Source: Candidatus Micrarchaeota archaeon CG1_02_55_22 (GTDB lineage Archaea; Micrarchaeota; Micrarchaeia; Norongarragalinales; UBA97). From it: 61,659 nucleotides of DNA. The stretch is from contig MNVH01000011.1 in assembly GCA_001871595.1 (NCBI GenBank), positions 1 to 61,659 of the forward strand. Direction: 5' to 3'. Positions 1 through 7,499 of this stretch are shown piece by piece. Position 1 is the stretch's first letter; the number at the start of each line of letters is the position of its first letter. A program made the position numbers and the translations under genes. Under the pieces are notes generated by a model. It did no database searches. It had not been told where the DNA came from and saw nothing but the letters and a program-made list of their open reading frames with translations.

Positions 1-557
1 TCTCGCCCTACGGCACCAAGCTGGACAGCGTCAGCCTGAGCAACGTGGTACTCAAGTACCCGCAACGCATGCTGAAGGCAACCTACCGCTTCGGCGCACC
101 CTCGAACGTGAACATCACGGCTGAAGGCAGCGTCGTAACGACCAAGCCCCTTAACGAGGCTGAGTCGTACAGCATCGGCGACGGCTACTCGCTCAAGGTG
201 AAGACAATCACCGGCGAAGCAGTCTGCGTTGGTGGTGTAGGTGGTGCCGCAGTGTGCACGCCCGCGACCGCGAACGTTGTGACGCCGTTGAACCCAGCAC
301 GCGACCCCCTCGTCATTCTCGACAGGGATGCAGGTTCGGCAAGCCAGCTGATTGTAGTCGGTGGACCCATCGTCAACACCGTTGCAGCCAGCACGCCCGG
401 CTCGGAAGTGTACAACACTCCCGGAACGTCGGAAGTTAAGGCCGTAGGCGACAAGGTGCTAGTTGCAGGTTACACTGCAGCCGACACCACGGACGCCGTG
501 AACGACCTTATCAACTGGCTCGACAGCAAGCGCGACGAGATCAGAGGCGTACAGTAG
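1..557 (+). CDS. S-layer-like surface protein, C-terminal part (5' end lies outside the window)
   Basis: The frame is open from nt 3 to the TAG at 555-557; the ORF track begins it at an internal GTG at 45. The tail ...QLIVVGGPIVNTVAA...GDKVLVAGYTAADTTDAVNDLINWL resembles the conserved C-terminus of euryarchaeal-type S-layer proteins. Two strong hairpin/T-run terminators follow. Confidence 0.5.
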   Translation, partial: SPYGTKLDSVSLSNVVLKYPQRMLKATYRFGAPSNVNITAEGSVVTTKPLNEAESYSIGDGYSLKVKTITGEAVCVGGVGGAAVCTPATANVVTPLNPARDPLVILDRDAGSASQLIVVGGPIVNTVAASTPGSEVYNTPGTSEVKAVGDKVLVAGYTAADTTDAVNDLINWLDSKRDEIRGVQ

Positions 558-565
558 GACCCACT

Positions 566-640
566 CCGGGGCGAAAGCCCCATTTTTTCTTTTTAACGCC
601 GGAAAGCCCGCAAGGGCTTTTCCGTTGCGCTCTTTTTTCT
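566..640 (+). terminator. Tandem hairpin plus T-run terminators after the S-layer-like gene
   Basis: Hairpin 1 is GGGGC-GAAA-GCCCC (568-581), followed by T-runs at 583-594. Hairpin 2 is GGAAAGCCC-GCAA-GGGCTTTTCC (601-623), followed by T6 at 632-637. Both loops are GNRA-type. Confidence 0.55.
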
Positions 641-859
641 TCCGTTTTAGTCGGAGGTTTCGCAAGCAAATGCCGCGATGTTTGCGCGTGTCGTCAGTTG
701 CGCTGACAGACATCTAGCGAGGAGCGAGTCGAGGCCTGCAGGACGACGCAGCGACGAGCGAAGAAAAAGTCGAATGATTTAAATCTGTTTACCGTCTTTA
801 CTAGGTTCGAAGAAAGTTACTACAGTAAATTCTACACCCGAACGGGAGGCACACAAACT

Positions 860-2137
860 TTGGCCAAAAAAAGCGCTACATACTACTTCGCAATAGCAAT
901 GCTCATTCTCTTCGCAGTATCCTCGTTCGCGGTAATACTCTCCTCGCGGAGCTCGCCGAACGATGATTCGAACGCCCCAACGCCGACCCCCGTTGTCTTC
1001 GAGGGTTCTGCAACTGCCCAAGCTCGTTTGCTCGAATTCCAGGACCAGGCAATCATCCAATGCCAATCCAACCCGCCTTTCCCAACCAACGCAGTATCCC
1101 AAGTGCCCGGCATAACGAGTTTCTACAAGTCCAGCGATAATCTGGGCGTCGCCTTGCTCAACGAAACCCTCTTGGCATCGGCAAACGCGTCGGGCTCCGA
1201 CGCGCTCTTCAGCGTACAGTACAATTTGTCGAGCTATTGCCTCGAGCCGGTGGTTTTGCGGCTGGCGTTAGTCGAGTTTTCGGACGCGTCGTTAACGCTC
1301 GCGTCAGAAAACAATTCAGTCGAAACGATTACGCCTCGACAAATACTCGCAGCCTACCCGTACGGCACTAAAGGCATTCCGGCCTACGTTGCCTACGATT
1401 CAACCGTTAACGAAACGCTTTCGTTGAGCATCTACGCCTCGCTCGAGGACGGGCGGCTTTCGCGTTTCTTGGCGCAGGGCATTGACTCGTCCGAGTCGCG
1501 CATCGCAATGTTCCCCGCCAACGTCACCGTGGCCGAGCTGTTGGACGAGGGACGGCTCGAGAAAAGCGTTTCCTTCGCCGAACGCATCCGGAACTGGACT
1601 CTCGCAGCGCAGCAACTCAACTCTTCACCAAACCTTGAAGTTACATTAATAGATTACTCGCCCGAAAACGCGTTCGTAGCACTGGCAGCCGATTCGGAAA
1701 CTGCGTCAGCCGCCGTTGAAGCGCTTTCAAACGAGTCATTCATCGAATCCATTGACGCGTTGAACGAATCCGTACAAATCACGGTTACGGGCAATTACAC
1801 TGATGTCGGTGCACTCACCAACGCGCTCACTGCAGTGGGTTTGACAAACTATTCCTTGCCTAACTCGACGCTTTCCGCGGCCTATACGTTTACGGATTAC
1901 GCTGCAGCGGCGCAGGACGCACAAATAGGCTTGCCCGGCAGTAAAACGCTGCGCCTCGCAATAGCCGTTGTTGACGAGCGGCGCCAACTCTCCTTTGACA
2001 ACCACGTCGTCATGCCGCAGAACGTGACGATGGCCTTGGATGGCCGCGTGGCAGTTGGGGAAACGCTTAAAGTCAGGTTGCTTGCATTACTGCAGGGTCC
2101 GTTGGTAGTACAGTCTACCGCACAACAAGAAGAATAA
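860..2137 (+). CDS. Membrane-anchored, sequon-rich hypothetical surface protein
   Basis: The TTG start is preceded by GGGAGG (844-849). There is a basic N-terminus with one hydrophobic helix (YYFAIAMLILFAVSSFAVIL), then a Pro/Thr linker. I counted 14 N-x-S/T sequons by hand. No family recognised. Confidence 0.6.
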   Translation: MAKKSATYYFAIAMLILFAVSSFAVILSSRSSPNDDSNAPTPTPVVFEGSATAQARLLEFQDQAIIQCQSNPPFPTNAVSQVPGITSFYKSSDNLGVALLNETLLASANASGSDALFSVQYNLSSYCLEPVVLRLALVEFSDASLTLASENNSVETITPRQILAAYPYGTKGIPAYVAYDSTVNETLSLSIYASLEDGRLSRFLAQGIDSSESRIAMFPANVTVAELLDEGRLEKSVSFAERIRNWTLAAQQLNSSPNLEVTLIDYSPENAFVALAADSETASAAVEALSNESFIESIDALNESVQITVTGNYTDVGALTNALTAVGLTNYSLPNSTLSAAYTFTDYAAAAQDAQIGLPGSKTLRLAIAVVDERRQLSFDNHVVMPQNVTMALDGRVAVGETLKVRLLALLQGPLVVQSTAQQEE

Positions 2138-2183
2138 AGCGCGGGCTTGAATAGTTTAATGATTTAAACAAAAGGTGAATTTA

Positions 2184-2834
2184 ATGGTTGAACTAGTAGA
2201 GAAGAATGATTTCGTAGAGCTTTCTTTCGTGGGCAAGGACTCGGATGGCAACGTCTTTGAGCAAACCAAGGGCAAGCCCGTCCTCGTCGTGGCAGGTGTG
2301 GGCCAAGTACTCCCCGGGCTTGACGAAAAACTCGTCGGAAGCGAAGTTGGCAAGAAAACCTCGGTCGTAGTGCCTAAAGACAAGGCTTTCGGCGACCGCC
2401 GAACCGACCTCGTAGGCTTAGTGCCACTCGCATCATTCCAAAAGCAGGGCGTGACGCCGCAAGTTGGGCAAGTAGTCGAGCTCGACGGCAAGCGCGCCCG
2501 CGTGCAAAGCGTGGCGGGCGGCCGCGTTCGTGTAGATTTCAACCACGAGCTAGCAGGCAAAGACCTTTCTTACGAGTACACTGTTGAAAAGCGTTTCTCG
2601 ATGCCGCAAGCAAAGCTTGATGCGCTCTCTAAAGACCAGCTTTTCAGCGCGCCAGTAAAACTCGAAGGCGAATCCGTTACCGTGTCAATTGGCTCCGATA
2701 AGCCGAAGGACGCCAACTTCATCGTCGCCAAGCTACGCTTCATTGATTTCGCACTGCGTTACGCGGGCGCCAAGAAAGTCGTGTTCAACGAGGAGTATGC
2801 ACTACCAAAGGAGAAGGTGCACGAAAAAGGGTAG
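2184..2834 (+). CDS. FKBP-type peptidyl-prolyl cis-trans isomerase (long archaeal type with insert-in-flap domain)
   Basis: Motifs seen: VELSFVGKDSDGNVFEQT, VAGVGQVLPGLDEKLVGSEVG and VRVDFNHELAGKDLSYEY. The ATG at 2184 lies 5 nt after AGGTGA (2173-2178); the ORF track starts at GTG 2175. Confidence 0.8.
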   Translation: MVELVEKNDFVELSFVGKDSDGNVFEQTKGKPVLVVAGVGQVLPGLDEKLVGSEVGKKTSVVVPKDKAFGDRRTDLVGLVPLASFQKQGVTPQVGQVVELDGKRARVQSVAGGRVRVDFNHELAGKDLSYEYTVEKRFSMPQAKLDALSKDQLFSAPVKLEGESVTVSIGSDKPKDANFIVAKLRFIDFALRYAGAKKVVFNEEYALPKEKVHEKG

Positions 2835-2924
2835 TTCTCAGGTAGTTTTAAATAAGTTGGGTTGCAATATTATTCTTGCAATCCGTTTTAGCTTTTAGCT
2901 TATAAGCTAGTTTTTGGTGATCTA

Positions 2925-3539
2925 ATGGTTGAAGAACACCGCCTCAAGGGCACTACGACTGTAGGAATCGTTTTTGACAAGGGCGTCGTACTAGCCGCAG
3001 ATAAGCGTGCTACAATGGGCACGTTCATCGCTTCGAAGACCGTTGAAAAGATTCAGATGGTCGCAGACAACATGGCGCTCACCACCGCGGGTGGTGTGGG
3101 CGACGCGCAAGCTTTGGCCCGTATGCTTCGCGCCGAACTCGAGCTCTACCGTTATTCTAAGGGCCGTCCCATGACCGTTCAAGGCGCGTCAACGCTTTTG
3201 GCGAACATGCTTCAAGGCCACAAGTATTACCCTTACTTTGTTCAACTCATCATCGGCGGTTTCGACGACGCGCCTTGCCTCTTCGACCTCGACCTCTTCG
3301 GTGGTTTGCTTGAAGAGAATTACACGTCGACTGGTTCGGGAAGCGTGGTAGCGTTCGGCGTGCTCGACGAAGGATACAAGGAAAAGCTCTCAGAAAAAGA
3401 CGCGGTGGCTCTTGCAACCAAGGCCGTGCGCGCGGCGATAAAGCGCGACAGCGCGACCGGTGAAGGCGTTGACGTTATCGTCATAACCAAGGACAACGTG
3501 CGAAGGCTCATTGACTCAGAACTACCCAAAGCCGCTTAG
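2925..3539 (+). CDS. psmB: Proteasome subunit beta
   Basis: A propeptide MVEEHRLKG is followed by the catalytic Thr context TTTVGIVFDKGVVLAADKRAT. GGTGA lies upstream of the ATG. Confidence 0.9.
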   Translation: MVEEHRLKGTTTVGIVFDKGVVLAADKRATMGTFIASKTVEKIQMVADNMALTTAGGVGDAQALARMLRAELELYRYSKGRPMTVQGASTLLANMLQGHKYYPYFVQLIIGGFDDAPCLFDLDLFGGLLEENYTSTGSGSVVAFGVLDEGYKEKLSEKDAVALATKAVRAAIKRDSATGEGVDVIVITKDNVRRLIDSELPKAA

Positions 3540-3590
3540 ACTCTCAACGCGGCAAAACCGTAACACGAATTCCGCCGGCACACGGCATTA

Positions 3591-5498
3591 ATGGTGCTTC
3601 AACTAATGTCTACTATAAAAGAAATTGAGGAAGGCGTCGCGTCCGTAGTACCTGCAGAGTGCGGTCTATCTAAAGTCGAGTTTGAAGGGCCCCAAATCGT
3701 CATCTATTTGAAGAACATGGCGGCGTTCTACCGTGACGAGAACCTCATCACGAAGATCGCTTCCAAGCTCCGCAAGAAAGTCGTCCTCCGCAGCGACTCG
3801 AGCGTGCTCATGCCGCCCGAACGCGCCAAGGAACGCATTGAACAGCTCATTCCGCCCGAGGCCGGAGTCAAGGACATAAAGTTCGACGCGAGCTTCAACG
3901 AAGTCCAAATCGAGGCCATGAAACCAGGCGTCGTCATCGGTAAGGGCGGCAGCGTGCTCAAGAGCATTATCATCGCAACGGGCTGGTCGCCCAAAGTGCT
4001 GCGCTCGCCGACAATGCCTTCAGAGATTGAAGCCGCCATTCGAAACGCGCTTTTGAACAACAGCGAGCAACGCAAAAAGTTCTTACTCGGCCTCGGAAAG
4101 AAGATGACCGTTGCAAGCAACGGCTGCGAGTGGGTTAAAGTCACCGCGCTAGGCGGCTTCAAGGAAGTCGGCCGCAGTTGCTTCCTATTGCAGACGCCCG
4201 CGAGCAACGTGCTGGTTGACTGCGGAATCAACCCGGACACGAGCGACCCTTCAAAGAACTATCCTTACCTCAACGCCATGGGCATTTCCTTAGAGCAGCT
4301 TGACGCCGTCATCTTGAGCCACGCCCACCTCGATCATTGCGGTTTCATTCCGTACCTTTACGCTTACGGCTACGAAGGGCCTGTTTACTGTACCCCGCCC
4401 ACGCGCGACCTCATGGTATTGCTGCAGCAGGATGCGGTCAACATCATGCACTCCGAGCACGGCAAGTCGCCTTACGCCGAGAAGGACATCAAGAAACAAC
4501 TCAACCACGTCATCACGCGCGAGTACGGCGAAGTCACCGACGTCACGCCCGACGTGCGTTTCACGTTCCACAACGCCGGCCACATGCTTGGCTCGGCACA
4601 AATACACATGCACATCGGCGAAGGCTTCCATAATCTGGTCTATTCGGGTGACATAAAGTACGGTAAGACCAAGCTGTGCGATCCCGCGGTCACGAACTTC
4701 CCCCGCGTGGACACGCTCATGATGGAATCGACGTACGGGAGCCACTTGGACGTCAAGCCCCGCATTGAGGAGTGCGACAACCGTATTTACGACGTCATCA
4801 AGCGCACGACGGATGCAGGCGGCAAAGTCCTCATTCCAGTCATCGCCTCCGGCCGCGCACAGGAGATGATGCTCGTGCTCGAAGAAAAGTTCAAGGACCC
4901 CGACTTCCCCGTCTATTTCGATGGCCTCTCGAAAGAATCGAGCGCCATACATACAGTTTACCCCGAGTACTTGCGCCGCAACGTGCAACGCCGCATACTA
5001 CAGAACGACTCGCCTTTCGACAAGCCCATGTTCAACACGATTACCACGCGCGACAAGCGCAAGGGCATAGCGGAATCCAAAGACCCCGCGGTAATATTGG
5101 CGCCTAGCGGAATGCTTTCCGGCGGGCCCTCGGTTGAATTCCTCAAAATGATGGCAGACGACCCCAAGAACACGCTCATCTTCGTCGGCTACCAGGCCGC
5201 CCTGTCAATGGGCCGCAAGGTGCAGAACGGTGAACGTGATGTTCCCATACTCAACGAGCAGAACAAGCAGGACACGCTTAAAGTCAACATGAACGTCGTT
5301 ACCATTGACGGCTTTTCTGGTCACAGCGACTGGTCGCAGTTGCTCGCTTACGCCCGCAACGCCCGCCCGCGGCCCAACCGCATCTTCACCATGCACGGCG
5401 AGGCGTCTAAATGCGAAGAGCTCGCCCGCACACTCAACAAGATGCTGCACAGCGAGACGCGCGTGCCAATGCCGCTGGACACAATGCGGCTCAAGTAA
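3591..5498 (+). CDS. aCPSF1/FttA beta-CASP ribonuclease with N-terminal KH domains
   Basis: KH-like segments (VVIGKGGSVLKSII), the metallo-beta-lactamase motif LSHAHLDHCGFIP, and a beta-CASP C-terminal part ending ...FTMHGEASKCEELA. Length is 635 aa. Confidence 0.9.
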   Translation: MVLQLMSTIKEIEEGVASVVPAECGLSKVEFEGPQIVIYLKNMAAFYRDENLITKIASKLRKKVVLRSDSSVLMPPERAKERIEQLIPPEAGVKDIKFDASFNEVQIEAMKPGVVIGKGGSVLKSIIIATGWSPKVLRSPTMPSEIEAAIRNALLNNSEQRKKFLLGLGKKMTVASNGCEWVKVTALGGFKEVGRSCFLLQTPASNVLVDCGINPDTSDPSKNYPYLNAMGISLEQLDAVILSHAHLDHCGFIPYLYAYGYEGPVYCTPPTRDLMVLLQQDAVNIMHSEHGKSPYAEKDIKKQLNHVITREYGEVTDVTPDVRFTFHNAGHMLGSAQIHMHIGEGFHNLVYSGDIKYGKTKLCDPAVTNFPRVDTLMMESTYGSHLDVKPRIEECDNRIYDVIKRTTDAGGKVLIPVIASGRAQEMMLVLEEKFKDPDFPVYFDGLSKESSAIHTVYPEYLRRNVQRRILQNDSPFDKPMFNTITTRDKRKGIAESKDPAVILAPSGMLSGGPSVEFLKMMADDPKNTLIFVGYQAALSMGRKVQNGERDVPILNEQNKQDTLKVNMNVVTIDGFSGHSDWSQLLAYARNARPRPNRIFTMHGEASKCEELARTLNKMLHSETRVPMPLDTMRLK

Positions 5499-5531
5499 AC
5501 GTTTTTCAACGCGCTTGAAGTGACTCTAATT

Positions 5532-6071
5532 ATGCGAATCGTTATCACGGGAACGCCGGGCACGGGCAAGACCACTCTAGCCAAAGCGCTCGCCAAGGAG
5601 CTGGGCGTTCCATTCGTCGACGTCAAGGCGTTCGAAAAGCGCGCCGCCCTGCGCCGCGAAGGGCGCGAAACCGTTGTCAGCGTCAAAAAGCTCGAAAAAC
5701 TGCTTGTCAAGGCCACGGCGCACGAAAAAGGCTTCATCGCCGAAGGCCACCTACTCTGCGAGCTGGCGCTCCCGTGCGACGCTTGCATCGTCTTGCGGTG
5801 CAATCCCACGCTGCTACAGCAACGTTTAAAGGCGCGTCGCTATAGTGCGGCTAAAGCTGATGGTAATGTCGTGTCCGAGATGCTTGATTACTGTCTCCTC
5901 AACGCGGAGTCCAACTACAAGCGCGTAATACAGATTAATTTCACCAAGCCAAAAACGCTTAAAACCGTTGTAAAACGACTCGGGAGTGGTAAATCCGACG
6001 CCGTTGATTTTTCGCGGCTGTTGCTCGCGCCCCGCTTTAAGGCGCTTCTCGACCGGCAGCTTAGAGTTTAA
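5532..6071 (+). CDS. Adenylate kinase-like NTPase (Fap7/AK6 type)
   Basis: The N-terminal P-loop MRIVITGTPGTGKTTLAKALAKELG and a length of about 180 aa. I prefer ATG 5532 over the GTG at 5520 in the ORF track. Confidence 0.65.
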   Translation: MRIVITGTPGTGKTTLAKALAKELGVPFVDVKAFEKRAALRREGRETVVSVKKLEKLLVKATAHEKGFIAEGHLLCELALPCDACIVLRCNPTLLQQRLKARRYSAAKADGNVVSEMLDYCLLNAESNYKRVIQINFTKPKTLKTVVKRLGSGKSDAVDFSRLLLAPRFKALLDRQLRV

Positions 6072-6095
6072 AGAACGGTTTGACTCCTTGGAAAG

Positions 6096-6105
6096 GTATA
6101 AATAT
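6096..6105 (+). promoter_or_regulatory. Candidate TATA box upstream of the small acidic ORF
   Basis: GTATAAATAT lies within AAAGGTATAAATATT, about 57-66 nt upstream of ATG 6162. A 6-bp inverted repeat TATAAG-TGCGT-CTTATA (6116-6132) sits in the predicted leader. Confidence 0.3.
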
Positions 6106-6161
6106 TGGTTAGTCATATAAGTGCGTCTTATACCCACAGAGCACTAACCGAGGTGACACAG

Positions 6162-6281
6162 ATGAGCATTGCATTACTCCCCTTCCGCGCCGCCGAAGAT
6201 TCGGATAACGAAGAAGAATGGGACGACGATGAGGACTGGGACGACGACGAAGAAGATTTGGAATCCGGCGAAGAAGAATAA
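6162..6281 (+). CDS. Small (39 aa) extremely acidic Trp-containing protein, hypothetical
   Basis: The ORF is below the track's size cut-off. Translation: MSIALLPFRAAEDSDNEEEWDDDEDWDDDEEDLESGEEE. GAGGTGA (6150-6156) lies 5 nt before the ATG. It has the same orientation as the flanking genes. The 60-aa Ser-rich ORF on the minus strand (6128-6310) is its mirror image. Confidence 0.45.
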   Translation: MSIALLPFRAAEDSDNEEEWDDDEDWDDDEEDLESGEEE

Positions 6282-6353
6282 TCTTTTCGCATCCAGTCCA
6301 ACTCTAACAAGCCCTTTATCTTTTTGTTTTTCTTTATTCTATTGATTTTGGAA

Positions 6354-6866
6354 ATGAAAACGCTAAAGCCCGCGTTCCGGGCACAGTTGCGAAGAATCTA
6401 TGGCGAGCTTTTAACCGAAGCTCAAGCCGTGCGCCTAGCCCTCGCCTCGAAAGAACCAATAGTGTGCGTCGGCGACGTATCCACCCTCAACCTCACCCGC
6501 GGCGGGGTAAAGCCCATTGTCTCCGTAGTAGATTTCAAGAGCGAGCGCAAGCCGCTCTCCGAGGGCGAGGCTGAAGAGATTCGTGCTCTTGACGCGCGCG
6601 TCTTCCACGCATTCAACCCGCCGGGCTGCATCAGCGGTGAAGCCGCGGGTGCGCTCTCCGACGCTTTAGCCCACGTTAAAAGCCACGGGCCGGCAGTCGT
6701 CATAGTTGAAGGTGAAGAGGACTTGCTGCTATTGCCCGCAATCGTCCTCGCCCCGGACGGGACACTCATATTCTACGGCCAGCCCAAGCAAGGAATCGTG
6801 CTCGAGCGTGTCAATAGTGAGTCGAGGGCGCGAGCGCAAAACTTCTTGGAAGAAGGCTTCGTCTAG
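6354..6866 (+). CDS. GTP-dependent dephospho-CoA kinase (DUF359 family)
   Basis: Motifs IVCVGDVSTLNLTRGGVKPIVSVVDFKSERKP and VIVEGEEDLLLLPAI fit the archaeal DUF359/DPCK pattern. ATG 6354 is preferred over TTG 6324. Confidence 0.6.
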   Translation: MKTLKPAFRAQLRRIYGELLTEAQAVRLALASKEPIVCVGDVSTLNLTRGGVKPIVSVVDFKSERKPLSEGEAEEIRALDARVFHAFNPPGCISGEAAGALSDALAHVKSHGPAVVIVEGEEDLLLLPAIVLAPDGTLIFYGQPKQGIVLERVNSESRARAQNFLEEGFV

Positions 6867-7498
6867 CGTTTGCCGTTTTTCTCTTTGTCCTGCATTGTCA
6901 AGAGCTGGAGCGTTACCGTGTCAACGGGGATTAAGTCTTTCTCGTTTATTCCGAGCTTTTTGAAGAGCGCCATCGCCAACTTCTCGTCGCGCTCGCGTTG
7001 TGAGTCAATGTTCGTCGCCGGCAGTGCGACTTCCACGAGTTCGCCCAAGTCCTTGACGTCGAACACCACGACTGGCAGGTTGACGTGCTTGAAGCTCCAT
7101 ACGCGGTAATCGCGGGAAAAAGCGTACTGATAGCCGAGCGATTCGAGGTTGTCCTCAATTTGCGGCGCGCTGCTCACGTCGAATCCGAGGAATTCTTCTT
7201 CTTGAAGCATGTACGCTTCCGAGATAATAGTCTCTTTCTCAGTTTGCTTGTCCGTTCGTACAAGCATGTACGCGTAGACACCGTTGCCGAAGGGTTTGGC
7301 ATGCACTGCCTCAACGTACTCGCCTCCGCCGGTAAAACGTGCTTTCAAGTCTTTTTCCAGCGCATAAACCGCCTTGTCCGAGTCCGCAATGGGCGCGGTA
7401 TAGCGTACTTCGGGAATCTTCCATTTTAGTTTGTGGCTTTTTGCTTTCTTGCCGTGCCTCACGCCGACGAGCTTGTCCAGAACTTCGAGAATACCCAA
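6863..7498 (-). CDS. CYTH-like domain protein (putative triphosphate tunnel enzyme)
   Basis: The C-terminal half (ESLGYQYAFSRDYRVWSFKHVNLPVVVFDVKDLGELVEVALPA...LFKKLGINEKDLIPVDT) resembles the CyaB/CYTH pattern. No clear N-terminal ExExK motif was seen. Confidence 0.4.
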   Translation of the reverse strand: MGILEVLDKLVGVRHGKKAKSHKLKWKIPEVRYTAPIADSDKAVYALEKDLKARFTGGGEYVEAVHAKPFGNGVYAYMLVRTDKQTEKETIISEAYMLQEEEFLGFDVSSAPQIEDNLESLGYQYAFSRDYRVWSFKHVNLPVVVFDVKDLGELVEVALPATNIDSQRERDEKLAMALFKKLGINEKDLIPVDTVTLQLLTMQDKEKNGKR

Positions 7499-7499
7499 A

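Noticed and set aside
4290-4988. Long antisense or alternative-frame ORFs inside well-supported genes (4290-4988- in aCPSF1, 15573-16415+ in serS, 49216-50049- in asd, 55755-56465- in the COG1855 ATPase, 45074-45787+ in the ComEC-like gene).
   Set aside because: They give Arg/His/Gly-rich nonsense-like translations with no motifs. The opposing frames carry unambiguous family signatures.
6128-6310. 60-aa Ser-rich ORF on the minus strand.
   Set aside because: It is the mirror image of the GAA/GAC-rich plus-strand acidic ORF. The plus-strand ORF has a TATA-like box and GAGGTGA and matches the orientation of its neighbours; the minus ORF has neither signal.
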